Shown piece by piece: positions 18,504 through 28,113 of a stretch of 64,000 nt of DNA. Under the pieces are notes generated by a model that worked only from the letters and a program-made list of their open reading frames with translations, had not been told where the DNA came from and did not search any database. This DNA comes from an uncultured Bdellovibrionales bacterium (lineage in GTDB: Bacteria; Patescibacteriota; Minisyncoccia; Moranbacterales; UBA1568). The stretch is from NCBI GenBank assembly GCA_964579335.1, contig CAZOFS010000002.1:9581-73580 (forward strand), read 5' to 3'. A program made the position numbers and the translations under genes. Each line of letters starts with the position of its first letter. Position 1 is the first letter of the stretch.

Positions 18504-19148
18504 CTACTGCGGTGGCTTAGGTGGTCGTCCTCCAAAACCCATTCTCACTAATTTTTCCCCAGCCTGCCAGACACTATCGGGAATATTTTGTTCAGTTTGA
18601 AACCCATACTTTGGATACTCTTTCAGCCTTTGAAGATCTCCAACCATTGTATCTAAAAACGGTTTTATCTTGTTTCTTGGCTGCCAATTTTCATAAGCTA
18701 CTTGTGGTGATGTAACCTGGCACTCTATCTCTGGCCATTGCTTTTGCATTGTAGCCCAAGTTCGACGTTCCATGTATGGTTTCTGAACAACAATCACTGA
18801 ACGTAGTGAAATATTATGTTGTTGCAGAAGTTTTTTGGTGAATAATATATTTTCTCCGGTATTCGATGCTTTAGGTTCAATCAAAATCTTATTCTCTGGA
18901 ACACCACGATCTATAAGTACATCAGCAAAAACCTCTGCTTCTGGTTTCGGAAACGGATTACGCGTACCAGGGAATCCACTCGTAATTATGAGTTGAGCAT
19001 ACCCTTGATGGTAAAGTTCAGCTGCTCGTTCAGCAACACGCACGTCACTTGTGCCCATGGCAAAAATAGCATCAGCTGGCTTTAGCTCTTGATGCATGAG
19101 CATATAGTCCCAAATAATTTTGGCGTATTGGTCTACTGGCTCATCCAT
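18504..19148 (-). CDS. DUF218 / YdcF-like (ElyC/SanA family) protein
   Basis: 'IITSGFPG...EPKASNTGENI' conserved DUF218 core, 214 aa. Confidence 0.6.
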   Translation of the reverse strand: MDEPVDQYAKIIWDYMLMHQELKPADAIFAMGTSDVRVAERAAELYHQGYAQLIITSGFPGTRNPFPKPEAEVFADVLIDRGVPENKILIEPKASNTGENILFTKKLLQQHNISLRSVIVVQKPYMERRTWATMQKQWPEIECQVTSPQVAYENWQPRNKIKPFLDTMVGDLQRLKEYPKYGFQTEQNIPDSVWQAGEKLVRMGFGGRPPKPPQ

Positions 19149-19163
19149 AGTTTAAGGACTCCT

Positions 19164-20819
19164 TTATTTCTTCTTACACGCTTCGAGGAAGGCGACAAAG
19201 AGTGGATGGGGAGTGAGGAGGGATGATTGGAATTCAGGATGAAATTGAGTGCCGAGGAAGAAGGGGTGTTTCTCTCTCGGGAGCTCAGCAATTTCCATGA
19301 GAACACCGTCGGGCGAAGTGGCTGAGAAGATGAGTCCACCCTTCTTGAGTCGCTCGACATAGGCTGGATTGACCTCATAACGGTGACGATGTCGTTCGAT
19401 TACCCTGGCACTTTGGTAGGCGTCAGAGGCAAGAGTATCTTTGAGGAGCTTGGCTGGATATTCACCCAGTCGCATACTTCCCCCATAGTTTTTCTCGGCC
19501 AGTTTTTTCTTTTGGTCCGGCATGACATCGATCACGAGGTGCTTCGCCTCAGGATTGATCTCATGAGTAGTCGCATCAGCGAGTTTGAGTATATGCCGAG
19601 CGTACTCGATAACGAGGAGCTGCATCCCATAACAGAGGCCAAAATACGGAATTTTATTGACCCGGCAATACTCGATTGCTTTAATCTTGCCCTCTACTCC
19701 CCGTGCACCGAAGCCACCGGGGATAAGGACGCCGTCAAACCCTTTGAGTTCACTCAGCTTTTCTGGATCCCGCTCATACTCAGTAGCGTCAAGCCAGTGG
19801 AGTTCGGGCTTTTGCTTGGTAGCATAGGCTGCATGCTTGAGGGACTCAATGACACTAATGTAGGCGTCCGAAAGGACATAGTCTCCAGTTTTGAAGTATT
19901 TGCCGACAATGCCAATTTTGACCTTACTCCGGACTTGTTTCATAAGAGCGACCTTGCGTTTCCATGGACCCAAGTCTCGCTTTTTAGCTCGTACTCCAAA
20001 CCGCTCAAGCAGGCGGTCACTCAAATGATCCTTTTCAAAGTTGATCGGGACATCATAAATACTCTCCACATCAGGAGCGCTAATCACAGCATCGGGAGGG
20101 ACATTACAAAAAACCGCGATCTTTTCTTTGCGTTTATCATCGAGGGGTCGATCAGCTCGCGCAATAATGAAGTCTGGTTGAATCCCGGTACCATTGAGCG
20201 TACGTACGGCATGCTGGGTTGGTTTGGTTTTCATTTCACCCACCTTGGATGGAGTCGGGACATAGCTTACCATCACCGTGAGGACATCTCCTGGATGCTC
20301 GATCTTCATCATACGCACTGCTTCGAGAAAGAGAATATTTTCGTATTCCCCCACCGTGCCACCGATCTCGACAATCGTGACATCAGCCTTGGCTTTCCTA
20401 GCTGCGCCTTTGATCCGGCTGATAACCTCGAGCGGGATATGGGGTACCACCTGGACACAGCGGCCACCATACTCGAGGTTACGCTCTCGTTCGATCACTT
20501 GTTGGTAGACTGAGCCAGTGGTCATATAGTTGGCCCGCGAGAGTTTGAGTCCCATGAAGCGCTCATAGTTGCCCATATCCTGGTCCGTCTCATAGCCATC
20601 GGCGAGGACAAACACTTCACCATGCTCAGTCGGATTCATGGTACCCGCATCGACATTGATATAGGGGTCGATTTTCATGGCGGTTACCGTAAGACCACGT
20701 GACTGAAGAATTTTCCCGATCGATGAAGCTGTGATGCCCTTCCCTACCCCACTCATCACTCCACCCACGACAAAAATATATTTTTCCTTGGATCGCTTGA
20801 TTGCTTTTCTTTTGGCCAT
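19164..20819 (-). CDS. pyrG: CTP synthase
   Basis: 'KYIFVVGGVMSGVGKGI' synthase N-terminus, GATase 'GLCYGMQ' Cys motif, 551 aa. Confidence 0.95.
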   Translation of the reverse strand: MAKRKAIKRSKEKYIFVVGGVMSGVGKGITASSIGKILQSRGLTVTAMKIDPYINVDAGTMNPTEHGEVFVLADGYETDQDMGNYERFMGLKLSRANYMTTGSVYQQVIERERNLEYGGRCVQVVPHIPLEVISRIKGAARKAKADVTIVEIGGTVGEYENILFLEAVRMMKIEHPGDVLTVMVSYVPTPSKVGEMKTKPTQHAVRTLNGTGIQPDFIIARADRPLDDKRKEKIAVFCNVPPDAVISAPDVESIYDVPINFEKDHLSDRLLERFGVRAKKRDLGPWKRKVALMKQVRSKVKIGIVGKYFKTGDYVLSDAYISVIESLKHAAYATKQKPELHWLDATEYERDPEKLSELKGFDGVLIPGGFGARGVEGKIKAIEYCRVNKIPYFGLCYGMQLLVIEYARHILKLADATTHEINPEAKHLVIDVMPDQKKKLAEKNYGGSMRLGEYPAKLLKDTLASDAYQSARVIERHRHRYEVNPAYVERLKKGGLIFSATSPDGVLMEIAELPREKHPFFLGTQFHPEFQSSLLTPHPLFVAFLEACKKK

Positions 20820-20920
20820 ATCAGGTACTAGCTAGTAGACAAATATTTACCTTTTAGAGAAGAAGCCGCTCTCGAGCAAGGAGAACGGCTTCCTGTAAAG
20901 TTACTTGACGGGACACGCAA

Positions 20921-21349
20921 CTATTCACTCACCACGGACAGTTTCACTACGGCTTTGGCGACACCAGCCGAGAGTTTCACATCATAAGTACCGAGTGCCT
21001 TGATCGGATGCTCGAGTTCAATCATATCCTCACTGACTTTGCCATCGAGCGCTTTGGCAATATTCGCTTTGGTCACCGAACCAAAGAGCTTGCTGTCCTT
21101 AGCTTTCATGGTAATCGTAATCGCTTTGCCGTCAACAGCCGCTACTGCTCCCGCGAGCTCTCTAGCATGCTCAGTTTTTTCCTTGGCTGCCCGCGCAACA
21201 ATCGCCTGAATAGACTTGAGCGCTCCGGGCGTAGCGAGCTCTGCCAACCCCTCAGGGAGGAGATAGTTGAACCCATAACCCTTCTTCACTTCTTTGACTT
21301 CGCCAGCCCGACCGAGACTCGGCACGTCCTGGGTAAGAATTACTTTCAT
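20921..21349 (-). CDS. rplI: 50S ribosomal protein L9
   Basis: 'MKVILTQDVPSLGRAGEVKEVKKGYGFNYLLP' is the canonical L9 sequence. Confidence 0.9.
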   Translation of the reverse strand: MKVILTQDVPSLGRAGEVKEVKKGYGFNYLLPEGLAELATPGALKSIQAIVARAAKEKTEHARELAGAVAAVDGKAITITMKAKDSKLFGSVTKANIAKALDGKVSEDMIELEHPIKALGTYDVKLSAGVAKAVVKLSVVSE

Positions 21350-21417
21350 AGCAGTACTCTACGCTCAAAATTACACTTTATACTAGCGACTCTCTCTACT
21401 TTTGGCAAGCGGCCGTT

Positions 21418-22467
21418 CTAACGAATGAGCATACTATCGCCAAAAGAATAGAAGGCGAACTTAGCTCGGATAGCTTCTTGGTAAAGGTCCATCACGCCCC
21501 GCTTGGCGCCTTTGGATTGGAGAAATGCATCTACGAGGAGCATGAGTGAGGTTTTGGGGAGGTGGAAATTGGTAATAAGTACATCAACTAGTTGAAACTG
21601 ATAGGGTGGGTAAATAAAAAGATTGGCTTCCGTGGTCAATGCCTCAAGGCTTTCTTTTTGGCCCAAGGTCTCGAGAGTGCGAGTGGTGGTAGTGCCGACT
21701 GCAATAATACTTTTCTTGTGCGCTCGAGCTTGTTTCAAAACTCTCACTGTTTCCTCTGAAACGGTGACATATTCGCCATGGAGTTTGCCCGTCATAAAGT
21801 TTTCTTCTTTAAGAGGCGCAAAAGTTCCCAGCCCAACATTGAGCGTGACATGAATGGTTTCGATATTCTTTTCCGACAAACTTCTGAATACCTGATCGGT
21901 GAAATGGAGCGAGGCCGTTGGAGCTGCTACTGAAGCCCCAGTGGCTGCAAATATCGTCTGATAACGCTTGCGGAGTAATGATTCATCGCCATTTTCTTCA
22001 CCTTCGAGGTAGTGTGGGATCGGTGTCGTACCAAACTCTTGGAGCAATACCTGAAGCGTTTTGTTACTTTCCAAACGAAAGAAAAATTTCTGTTCTGCCT
22101 GTTTCTCGGCGATGAGTTGTGATCCATCAGGAAAAGTCAGTGCGTCGCCAAGACTCACTTTGCGATCAACAAGAGCGGGGATCAATCCCTCCCCATCCCA
22201 TTCATTGACGAGTACCAGCACCTCGATCTTGCCACCAGTCGGTTTCTTGAGCCACACTCGCGCCGGCCATACCCGTGTATCATTCAACACCATGAGTGAC
22301 TCCGCTGGGAGATAGGTAACAAGATTGCGAAAAGTATCAAACGTGATGGTATCCGTCTCAGTGTCGTACACAAACAGTCGAGCGCTATCCCGCGGTTCGA
22401 GTGGTTCTCGCCGGATTAACTCCTCGGACAATTGATAGTCATAGTGGTCCAAGTCCGAGAACTTCAT
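21418..22467 (-). CDS. queA: S-adenosylmethionine:tRNA ribosyltransferase-isomerase
   Basis: 'LSDLDHYDYQLSEELIRREPLEPRDSARL' N-terminus, 349 aa. Confidence 0.85.
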   Translation of the reverse strand: MKFSDLDHYDYQLSEELIRREPLEPRDSARLFVYDTETDTITFDTFRNLVTYLPAESLMVLNDTRVWPARVWLKKPTGGKIEVLVLVNEWDGEGLIPALVDRKVSLGDALTFPDGSQLIAEKQAEQKFFFRLESNKTLQVLLQEFGTTPIPHYLEGEENGDESLLRKRYQTIFAATGASVAAPTASLHFTDQVFRSLSEKNIETIHVTLNVGLGTFAPLKEENFMTGKLHGEYVTVSEETVRVLKQARAHKKSIIAVGTTTTRTLETLGQKESLEALTTEANLFIYPPYQFQLVDVLITNFHLPKTSLMLLVDAFLQSKGAKRGVMDLYQEAIRAKFAFYSFGDSMLIR

Positions 22468-23567
22468 ACTCGCGAGGTTGCTCGCTTTGCCTCTTCCTGA
22501 AAACGTTCAAGAGCAAGGGTGATGAGTCGATCAATGAGCTCAGGATACGAAATTCCTGAAGCAGCAAACATGCGCGGGTACATACTAATACTGGTAAAGC
22601 CTGGGATAGTATTGATTTCATTGACATACCATTTCCCGCGCGACGTGAGGAAAAAATCTACGCGGGCAAGCCCAGCACATTCGAGTGTTTGAAACACTCG
22701 TTTGGCCAAAGTTTGCACTACTCGTACCTGCTTCTGCGTCAGTTTGGCCGGGACTTCGAGCCGAGCGCCGTTTTCATCGAGATACTTGGCTTCGTAGCTG
22801 TAGAATTCATGTGTCGGAATGACTTCGCCCGGCACTGCGACTGTAAGCCTACGATTGCCAAGCACCGCACACTCGATCTCGCGCCCAGTAATGGCTTGCT
22901 CAATGATAATTTTGTTATCAAAACGAAAAGCCAGTTTTACGGCGGCTGTAAATTCTCGCTGTGATTTTGCTTTGGACACCCCCACCGATGAGCCAGCATT
23001 GGCTGGTTTCACAAAGATGGTGGTACCCAACTGTTTGGCTACCGCAGCATAACTCATCTTTTCACCTTGTCGGAAAACAAGAAAAGGGACTAGCGGAAGT
23101 CCTGCCTCGCGGAGGAGCCGCTTCATCACGTCTTTGTCCATACCGATAGCTGAACCCAAAACGTCCGCTCCGACAAATGGAATCCCAGCAAGCTTGAGGA
23201 GCCCCTGGACAGTCCCATCCTCACCCAATGGTCCATGCAGGATGGGGAAAACCACATCTAGAGTCTCACTCCCCTCTTTGGTGGTAGTAGGAATTACGGA
23301 AGTAAATTTTCCTTTATTTTCTGGGGCGAATACTACTTCCTGTCCCTGTTTTCTCTGCTGTAATTGAGCACCAGTTTTAGATTCTAACATCAGACCTTCT
23401 CCCTTCCGCCAATGACCAGCTTTATCGATACCAATAAGTACTGGTTCATAGCGTTTACGATCCAAAGCAGCCACCACATTTCGAGCCGACATGAGCGATA
23501 CTTCATGCTCGACTGATTTGCCGCCAAAGAGAATCCCCACTCGAATTTTACGTTTTGTAGCTGGCAT
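22464..23567 (-). CDS. ddl: D-alanine--D-alanine ligase
   Basis: 'IRVGILFGGKSVEHEVSLMSARNV' N-terminus, ATP-grasp motifs, 367 aa. Overlaps the queA start. Confidence 0.9.
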   Translation of the reverse strand: MPATKRKIRVGILFGGKSVEHEVSLMSARNVVAALDRKRYEPVLIGIDKAGHWRKGEGLMLESKTGAQLQQRKQGQEVVFAPENKGKFTSVIPTTTKEGSETLDVVFPILHGPLGEDGTVQGLLKLAGIPFVGADVLGSAIGMDKDVMKRLLREAGLPLVPFLVFRQGEKMSYAAVAKQLGTTIFVKPANAGSSVGVSKAKSQREFTAAVKLAFRFDNKIIIEQAITGREIECAVLGNRRLTVAVPGEVIPTHEFYSYEAKYLDENGARLEVPAKLTQKQVRVVQTLAKRVFQTLECAGLARVDFFLTSRGKWYVNEINTIPGFTSISMYPRMFAASGISYPELIDRLITLALERFQEEAKRATSRV

Positions 23568-23594
23568 AAGACAGGCCGATTATACCTTCCTTGT

Positions 23595-23645
23595 ATAAAA
23601 AAAGCGAGCCCCACACCGGTGCGCTGTTGCGCGGTGGTGTGGGGC
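23595..23645 (-). terminator. strong rho-independent terminator downstream of pyrE
   Basis: 17-bp GC-rich stem (GCCCCACACCGGTGCGC / GCGCGGTGGTGTGGGGC, one mismatch), loop TGTT, followed on the minus strand by TTTTTTTA. Confidence 0.65.
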
Positions 23646-23668
23646 AAAGGTTCAGTGCCCGAGCGAGT

Positions 23669-24367
23669 CTATTTCACCCCGTACTCGTCACGATACCTCA
23701 GGATGAGCGGCAAGGTTTCGGCGCCCAGAGGGACAGCCGGCCCTTCTTCCAAGACCTGTATCAGATCATCGAACGTGGCAGCTGCCAAGACTGGAATCCC
23801 GTACTTCTCCGCGAAGACCTGGGCCGCTGCCCGTGGATCATTCACGTCATTGCCACGCTCTTGCCGATCAAAGGCGATGACACACGCGATTGGAAACCCG
23901 CCCTGCTCCTCGATGAACTTGACGGCTTCTCCCTTGGTCGCCCCATCGGTCATCACATCATCAGCAATGACCACGCGCAGTTCCTTGAGATTGGCCCCGA
24001 CCAAGAGACCACCTTCGCCGTGATCCTTGGTTTCCTTGCGACTGAAGGCCCAGGCTATGTCCCGGTACCGTTCCGCCTTCCCCGAAAGAACCGCTGCAAC
24101 CATGACGGCTAGTGGGATACCCTTGTAGGGTGGCCCATAGATCACTTCCGGAGGAGCCTGCTCTTCTCCATCGGCTTCAATGATGGCGGCCGCGTAAGCC
24201 TGAGCCAAATGGCCGATGGATTGGCCGGTATTGAAGAGACCCGAGTTGAAGAAATACGGCGAGATGCGCCCACTCTTCAGTGGCCGTCCGTTCGGAAGGA
24301 GTTCAAGCGCACCGATCGAGAGAGCGTACTCGACAAATTTACGCCCAGCTTCTGTAGATTTCGTCAT
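23669..24367 (-). CDS. pyrE: Orotate phosphoribosyltransferase
   Basis: PRPP-binding 'LRVVIADDVMTDGATKGEA', 232 aa. GC-rich coding sequence. Confidence 0.85.
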   Translation of the reverse strand: MTKSTEAGRKFVEYALSIGALELLPNGRPLKSGRISPYFFNSGLFNTGQSIGHLAQAYAAAIIEADGEEQAPPEVIYGPPYKGIPLAVMVAAVLSGKAERYRDIAWAFSRKETKDHGEGGLLVGANLKELRVVIADDVMTDGATKGEAVKFIEEQGGFPIACVIAFDRQERGNDVNDPRAAAQVFAEKYGIPVLAAATFDDLIQVLEEGPAVPLGAETLPLILRYRDEYGVK

Positions 24368-24387
24368 GAAGTTCTCCTTCTTGCCGT

Positions 24388-25287
24388 TCAGGCGGTTGTG
24401 AGGTTGGGACGAGCAGCGTTGAGGGTGTCACGCGCAGTCCGAGCCGCTCGACGCTTGCCTTCGAGGTAGTCCTCGCCCGGGTTGAGCTCGGGATAGAGGA
24501 TGCTGCGTGAAGCACTGACGACGACCGAACCGGGGCCATTCCAGGCTGCCATTGCGTCGGCCTCCGACCCACCTTGGGCACCAATCCCGGGGATAAGGAG
24601 GGACGGATTGGGACCAGCCAGCCGGCGGATGTGTTGGGCTCCACCAGGGTGCGTCGCCCCAACGACCAGTCCCAGCCGATCGGGCGGAATGCCCCAATTG
24701 TGGGCAATGTCGTAAGCCAGCCAATCATGGATCAGTAGTTGCTGACCACTCAGTTCCTCACCCAGTTGTTCCTCGATGGCCTTCATTTCAGCCACGGAAA
24801 GGAGGGTGTAGCGTCCTTGCAGGACAGCCGAACCCGGGTTGGACGTCCAATCCAAGAGGATCAGGCCCTTGTCGTCGTAGCGGAGGTAGGGCTCAACACT
24901 GTCGGGACCAAGAAATGGCGACAGGGTCACAGCATCAGCCCCATAGCGCTCGAAGGCTTCACGCGCGTACTGCTCGGCGGTAGTGCCAATGTCGCCGCGC
25001 TTGGCGTCGAGGATCACTGGGATGCCAGGTTGCTCGCTATGGATGTATTCGATCACCGCTTCGAGAGCCGACTCTGCTCGGTTGGCAGCAAAGTAGGCGA
25101 TCTGCGGCTTGAAGCAGAAAGCCAGTCCTTCCGCAGCGTCGATGGTGTCCTTGCAGAATGCAGTGATTCCATCAGGGCTTCCGTCATAGTGCTTCGAGAA
25201 CTTGCTCGGATCGGGATCAAGACCAACACAGAGAGAAGAGTTGGTCGCGATCGAAGCAGCAGCGAGCATTTGGGAAAAAGTGGCCAT
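24388..25287 (-). CDS. pyrF: Orotidine 5'-phosphate decarboxylase, type 2 (long form)
   Basis: 'LCVGLDPD', 'DAKRGDIGTT', about 300 aa from the ATG at 25287. The longer ORF (to 25575) has a non-protein-like N-terminus. Confidence 0.8.
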   Translation of the reverse strand: MATFSQMLAAASIATNSSLCVGLDPDPSKFSKHYDGSPDGITAFCKDTIDAAEGLAFCFKPQIAYFAANRAESALEAVIEYIHSEQPGIPVILDAKRGDIGTTAEQYAREAFERYGADAVTLSPFLGPDSVEPYLRYDDKGLILLDWTSNPGSAVLQGRYTLLSVAEMKAIEEQLGEELSGQQLLIHDWLAYDIAHNWGIPPDRLGLVVGATHPGGAQHIRRLAGPNPSLLIPGIGAQGGSEADAMAAWNGPGSVVVSASRSILYPELNPGEDYLEGKRRAARTARDTLNAARPNLTTA

Positions 25288-25402
25288 GATGGGCTCCTTG
25301 GTAAGGGACAAGAAAACACGGTTGAATACACCTAGAGAGGCATATTGTGAGGGAGCATAGCAAAAAGAGGCTCCGTCGGCAAATAGCTCCACCTGTGTGC
25401 GT

Positions 25403-25442
25403 AAAAAAAGCGAGGCCCCGTACAGCGTTTGCCGTACAGGGC
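25403..25442 (-). terminator. rho-independent terminator downstream of the rluA-family gene
   Basis: Hairpin GCCCCGTACAGC-gttt-GCCGTACAGGGC followed on the minus strand by TTTTTTTAC. Shares the 'aaaaaaagcgag(g)cccc' design with the pyrE terminator. Confidence 0.55.
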
Positions 25443-25448
25443 TATTAT

Positions 25449-26138
25449 CTAACGTCGCCAATCCTCTGGCGGGATCCAAGTGATGAGGAGTGGCGTGGCT
25501 CCCGCGTCGATCTCGTCGACATTGAAGCCAAACTTGAGGAAATCCTCGGGAAGCTTGGCCTGAATGGTCGCCCATTCACCTGGCTGGAATTTCTCATCCG
25601 GAAGCCTCACTCGCATGCGCCAGGCATGGAGGTACTGACCAGGTCGGCCGTCTTGGATTGAAAGTCCACCGTACATCCTGTCCCCGACGATCGGATGACC
25701 GATGCGTTGGAGATGCTGGCGGATCTGGTGTCTCCGCCCACTTCGCATGAGCTGACACCGCACGAGTGCGAACTGGCCAGCCCTTTGGAGAACGGTAAAC
25801 TGGGTTTGGGCCCACTTCCCATCGACATCGGCTGTCACGGTCCGTTCACTCCACATGGGAGCGATAATCACGGCGAGGTAAAGCTTCTCCGTGATATCGT
25901 GCCACTGGCGTTGGAGGTACCGCTGCACCTCCGTCTTAGCAGAGAGGAGCAGTACCCCCGAAGTGAACTTATCAATTCGATGGGCAGTGGCACCCTCGCG
26001 ATACCAATGCTTGGCCATCTGCCACACTTCCGGCAAATGGGTATGTCTCCCACCGCCTTCGACACTGACTCCGGCTGGCTTATTGATCGCCACCACACCT
26101 CTCTGAGAGAAGATAACTGGCAACATGGAAACCTCCAT
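25449..26138 (-). CDS. RluA-family pseudouridine synthase
   Basis: 'HRIDKFTSGVLLL' catalytic Asp motif and 'RRHQIRQHL'. 229 aa. Confidence 0.8.
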   Translation of the reverse strand: MEVSMLPVIFSQRGVVAINKPAGVSVEGGGRHTHLPEVWQMAKHWYREGATAHRIDKFTSGVLLLSAKTEVQRYLQRQWHDITEKLYLAVIIAPMWSERTVTADVDGKWAQTQFTVLQRAGQFALVRCQLMRSGRRHQIRQHLQRIGHPIVGDRMYGGLSIQDGRPGQYLHAWRMRVRLPDEKFQPGEWATIQAKLPEDFLKFGFNVDEIDAGATPLLITWIPPEDWRR

Positions 26139-26287
26139 TGGGCCAAAGATGAAGCTCTACTCGATGAGCAGTGCCCTAATCACTCAAAATATGAACGATT
26201 ATAGTACTACTCACCGAGACGCATCAAAGAACTGCGCTCCCAGCCTATTTTGACTGGAATAAATATTATACTCCAATATACTTCATA

Positions 26288-26334
26288 TGTCAACTACTGT
26301 ATTTGACAATATACAAAAAATATGCTATACAGTA
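26288..26334 (+). promoter_or_regulatory. promoter TTGACA-17-TATACA embedded in two inverted repeats (operator-like)
   Basis: TGTCAA(26288-26293)...TTGACA(26303-26308) is a palindromic pair. TACTGTAT(26295-26302) and ATACAGTA(26327-26334) form an 8-bp IR bracketing the -35/-10. The whole lies in a ~250-bp AT-rich gap inside a GC-rich island. Confidence 0.45.
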
Positions 26335-26392
26335 TAGTTGGTGAATTCCTTCACCTTCCCAGTCTGGCAGCAGCCACACTGGCCACCGTACC

Positions 26393-26746
26393 TTGGAGAA
26401 CATGGATATGACGACACCCAGTTTCCTGGCGACATACCGGGTATGGCGCGGCGAGCACGCTCGCATCATGGCCGAGCGCGACGCGCTGGTGATCCGCCAG
26501 CTTCTCAAGCTGGCGCCGAAGCGGCTCCACAGGTTTCTCAAGGACCAGTGCGAGCTCAAGAGGATCCCAGAATTCGGAGGTGGCGGCGGAGACTTCGTGT
26601 GGGATGGTTTGGAGCGGTACTTCAAAGACCCAGCCCACTTCAAGAAGCGGATGAAAGTCCTTGCCAAGGCCTGGCAGGGACTCGTCGATGTGAAGATCAC
26701 TCACCACAACGACAGCCTGTTGCTCGAACTCACGATCATCTCCTGA
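26393..26746 (+). CDS. hypothetical protein (117 aa), GC-rich
   Basis: The only protein-like frame in this region. Followed by the hairpin GACCGAttac..gtagTCGGTC plus a T-run. No family recognised. Confidence 0.45.
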   Translation: MENMDMTTPSFLATYRVWRGEHARIMAERDALVIRQLLKLAPKRLHRFLKDQCELKRIPEFGGGGGDFVWDGLERYFKDPAHFKKRMKVLAKAWQGLVDVKITHHNDSLLLELTIIS

Positions 26747-26869
26747 CTAGGAGACCGCTAAGGCGTTCACTTTTCGCCTCACGCCCAAACCACAAGCGGC
26801 ACAATGCCACACCCCGACCGATTACTCGCCAAGTAGTCGGTCTTGCTTTTTATATACTGAACACTTCTT

Positions 26870-28063
26870 TTATACCACTCGGATAGCTTCATCCACAGTA
26901 GTGACGCCTTGCATCACAAGATTGATCGCATTTTGACGGAGAGTCGTCATACCAGTACGCTCAGCATAGGCCTGAAGTTCACTCATTGAGGCTTTGTCGA
27001 CGATCATGGCTCGCAGTTCATCGTCAAAAATGAGGACTTCAAATACCCCAATCCGGCCACGATAGCCCGTCCCGGCACACTCCGTACAACCAGTTCCTTT
27101 CTGGTAATGAATCGTCATCCCCTGCATCCCGAGATAGTTGATATATTCTGCTCGAGGATTAGGATCAGGCTGGCGACATCCCTCACAAATTTTCCGTACC
27201 AAGCGCTGCGCGATAATTCCTCGCACTGCATAAGCGATCATACCTCGCTCGATATTGAGGTCGATAAGACGCGCTACCCCACCGATCGTCGTATTGGCAT
27301 GGAGGGTTGAGTAGACCATGCGGCCCGTAAGCGAGGCTTGGACGGCGTGTTCGGCTGTCTCTGAGTCACGGATTTCACCAATCATCACAACATCCGGGTC
27401 CTGCCGAAGAATACTCTTCATCCCCTTGGCAAAGGTAAAGCCAATTTCAGGTACCACCTGACTCTGACGCATGTCTTCGATAAAAACTTCTACGGGATCC
27501 TCGAGAGTGAGGATATTGCGCTCCTTGCGATTGACTTCCATGAGCATTGAGTAGAGCGTCGTCGTCTTGCCGGAGCCGGTCGGCCCCGTGGTGAGAATCA
27601 TGCCATAACTCCCGAGAGTGAGTTCACGGACACGTTTGCGAATGGCTTCATCAAAACCGACTTCATCGAGCGAAATAAGCATGTCAGAACGATTGAGAAG
27701 TCGCAAAACTGCGGTCGGGCCATTGACGGTAGGGAAAATAGATACGCGCACATCGATAGTTCGCTCGCCTTTGCCATCGGTATCCGGCAAGCGCACCGCG
27801 AAATGGCCATCTTCAGGCAAACGCACATGCCCCACCTCCATATTGCACAGTACCTTGAGGTGATTGATCACATGTTCATGATCCCCTTTGGCCACATGCG
27901 CGTGAGTCTGGAGCACGCCATCGATACGAAAGCGGACCAAAACCTCGTCAGGCATAGCCTCGATATGAATATCCGAGGTGCCACGCAAAACTGCCTCCTG
28001 GACGATGGGACTCACGAGATCAGAACCAGAAGCATCGCGAAAAATTATACTCTCTTTGGCCAT
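26870..28063 (-). CDS. pilB: Type IV pilus assembly / type II secretion ATPase (PilB/GspE family, short form)
   Basis: Walker A 'GPTGSGKTTT', Asp box, His box 'TLHANT', C-terminal tetracysteine 'CEGC...CTGCTEC'. Confidence 0.85.
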   Translation of the reverse strand: MAKESIIFRDASGSDLVSPIVQEAVLRGTSDIHIEAMPDEVLVRFRIDGVLQTHAHVAKGDHEHVINHLKVLCNMEVGHVRLPEDGHFAVRLPDTDGKGERTIDVRVSIFPTVNGPTAVLRLLNRSDMLISLDEVGFDEAIRKRVRELTLGSYGMILTTGPTGSGKTTTLYSMLMEVNRKERNILTLEDPVEVFIEDMRQSQVVPEIGFTFAKGMKSILRQDPDVVMIGEIRDSETAEHAVQASLTGRMVYSTLHANTTIGGVARLIDLNIERGMIAYAVRGIIAQRLVRKICEGCRQPDPNPRAEYINYLGMQGMTIHYQKGTGCTECAGTGYRGRIGVFEVLIFDDELRAMIVDKASMSELQAYAERTGMTTLRQNAINLVMQGVTTVDEAIRVV

Positions 28064-28113
28064 AAGAATAGGTACGTTAGTGCTATGCTTTCACGATACC
28101 ACACTTTGAGACA

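Noticed and set aside
24388-25575. Long 395-aa version of the pyrF ORF
   Set aside because: The N-terminal 96 aa (R/G/H-rich) do not resemble OMP decarboxylase. A canonical start 'MATFSQML...LCVGLDPD' at 25287 gives a normal-length type-2 PyrF.
26290-26886. Alternative ORFs 26338-26886 (+), 26290-26700 (-) and 26351-26707 (-) overlapping the 117-aa hypothetical gene
   Set aside because: Arg/Pro-rich translations are typical of off-frame reading of GC-rich DNA. Only the 26393-26746 frame has balanced, protein-like composition, and it has a promoter upstream and a terminator downstream.
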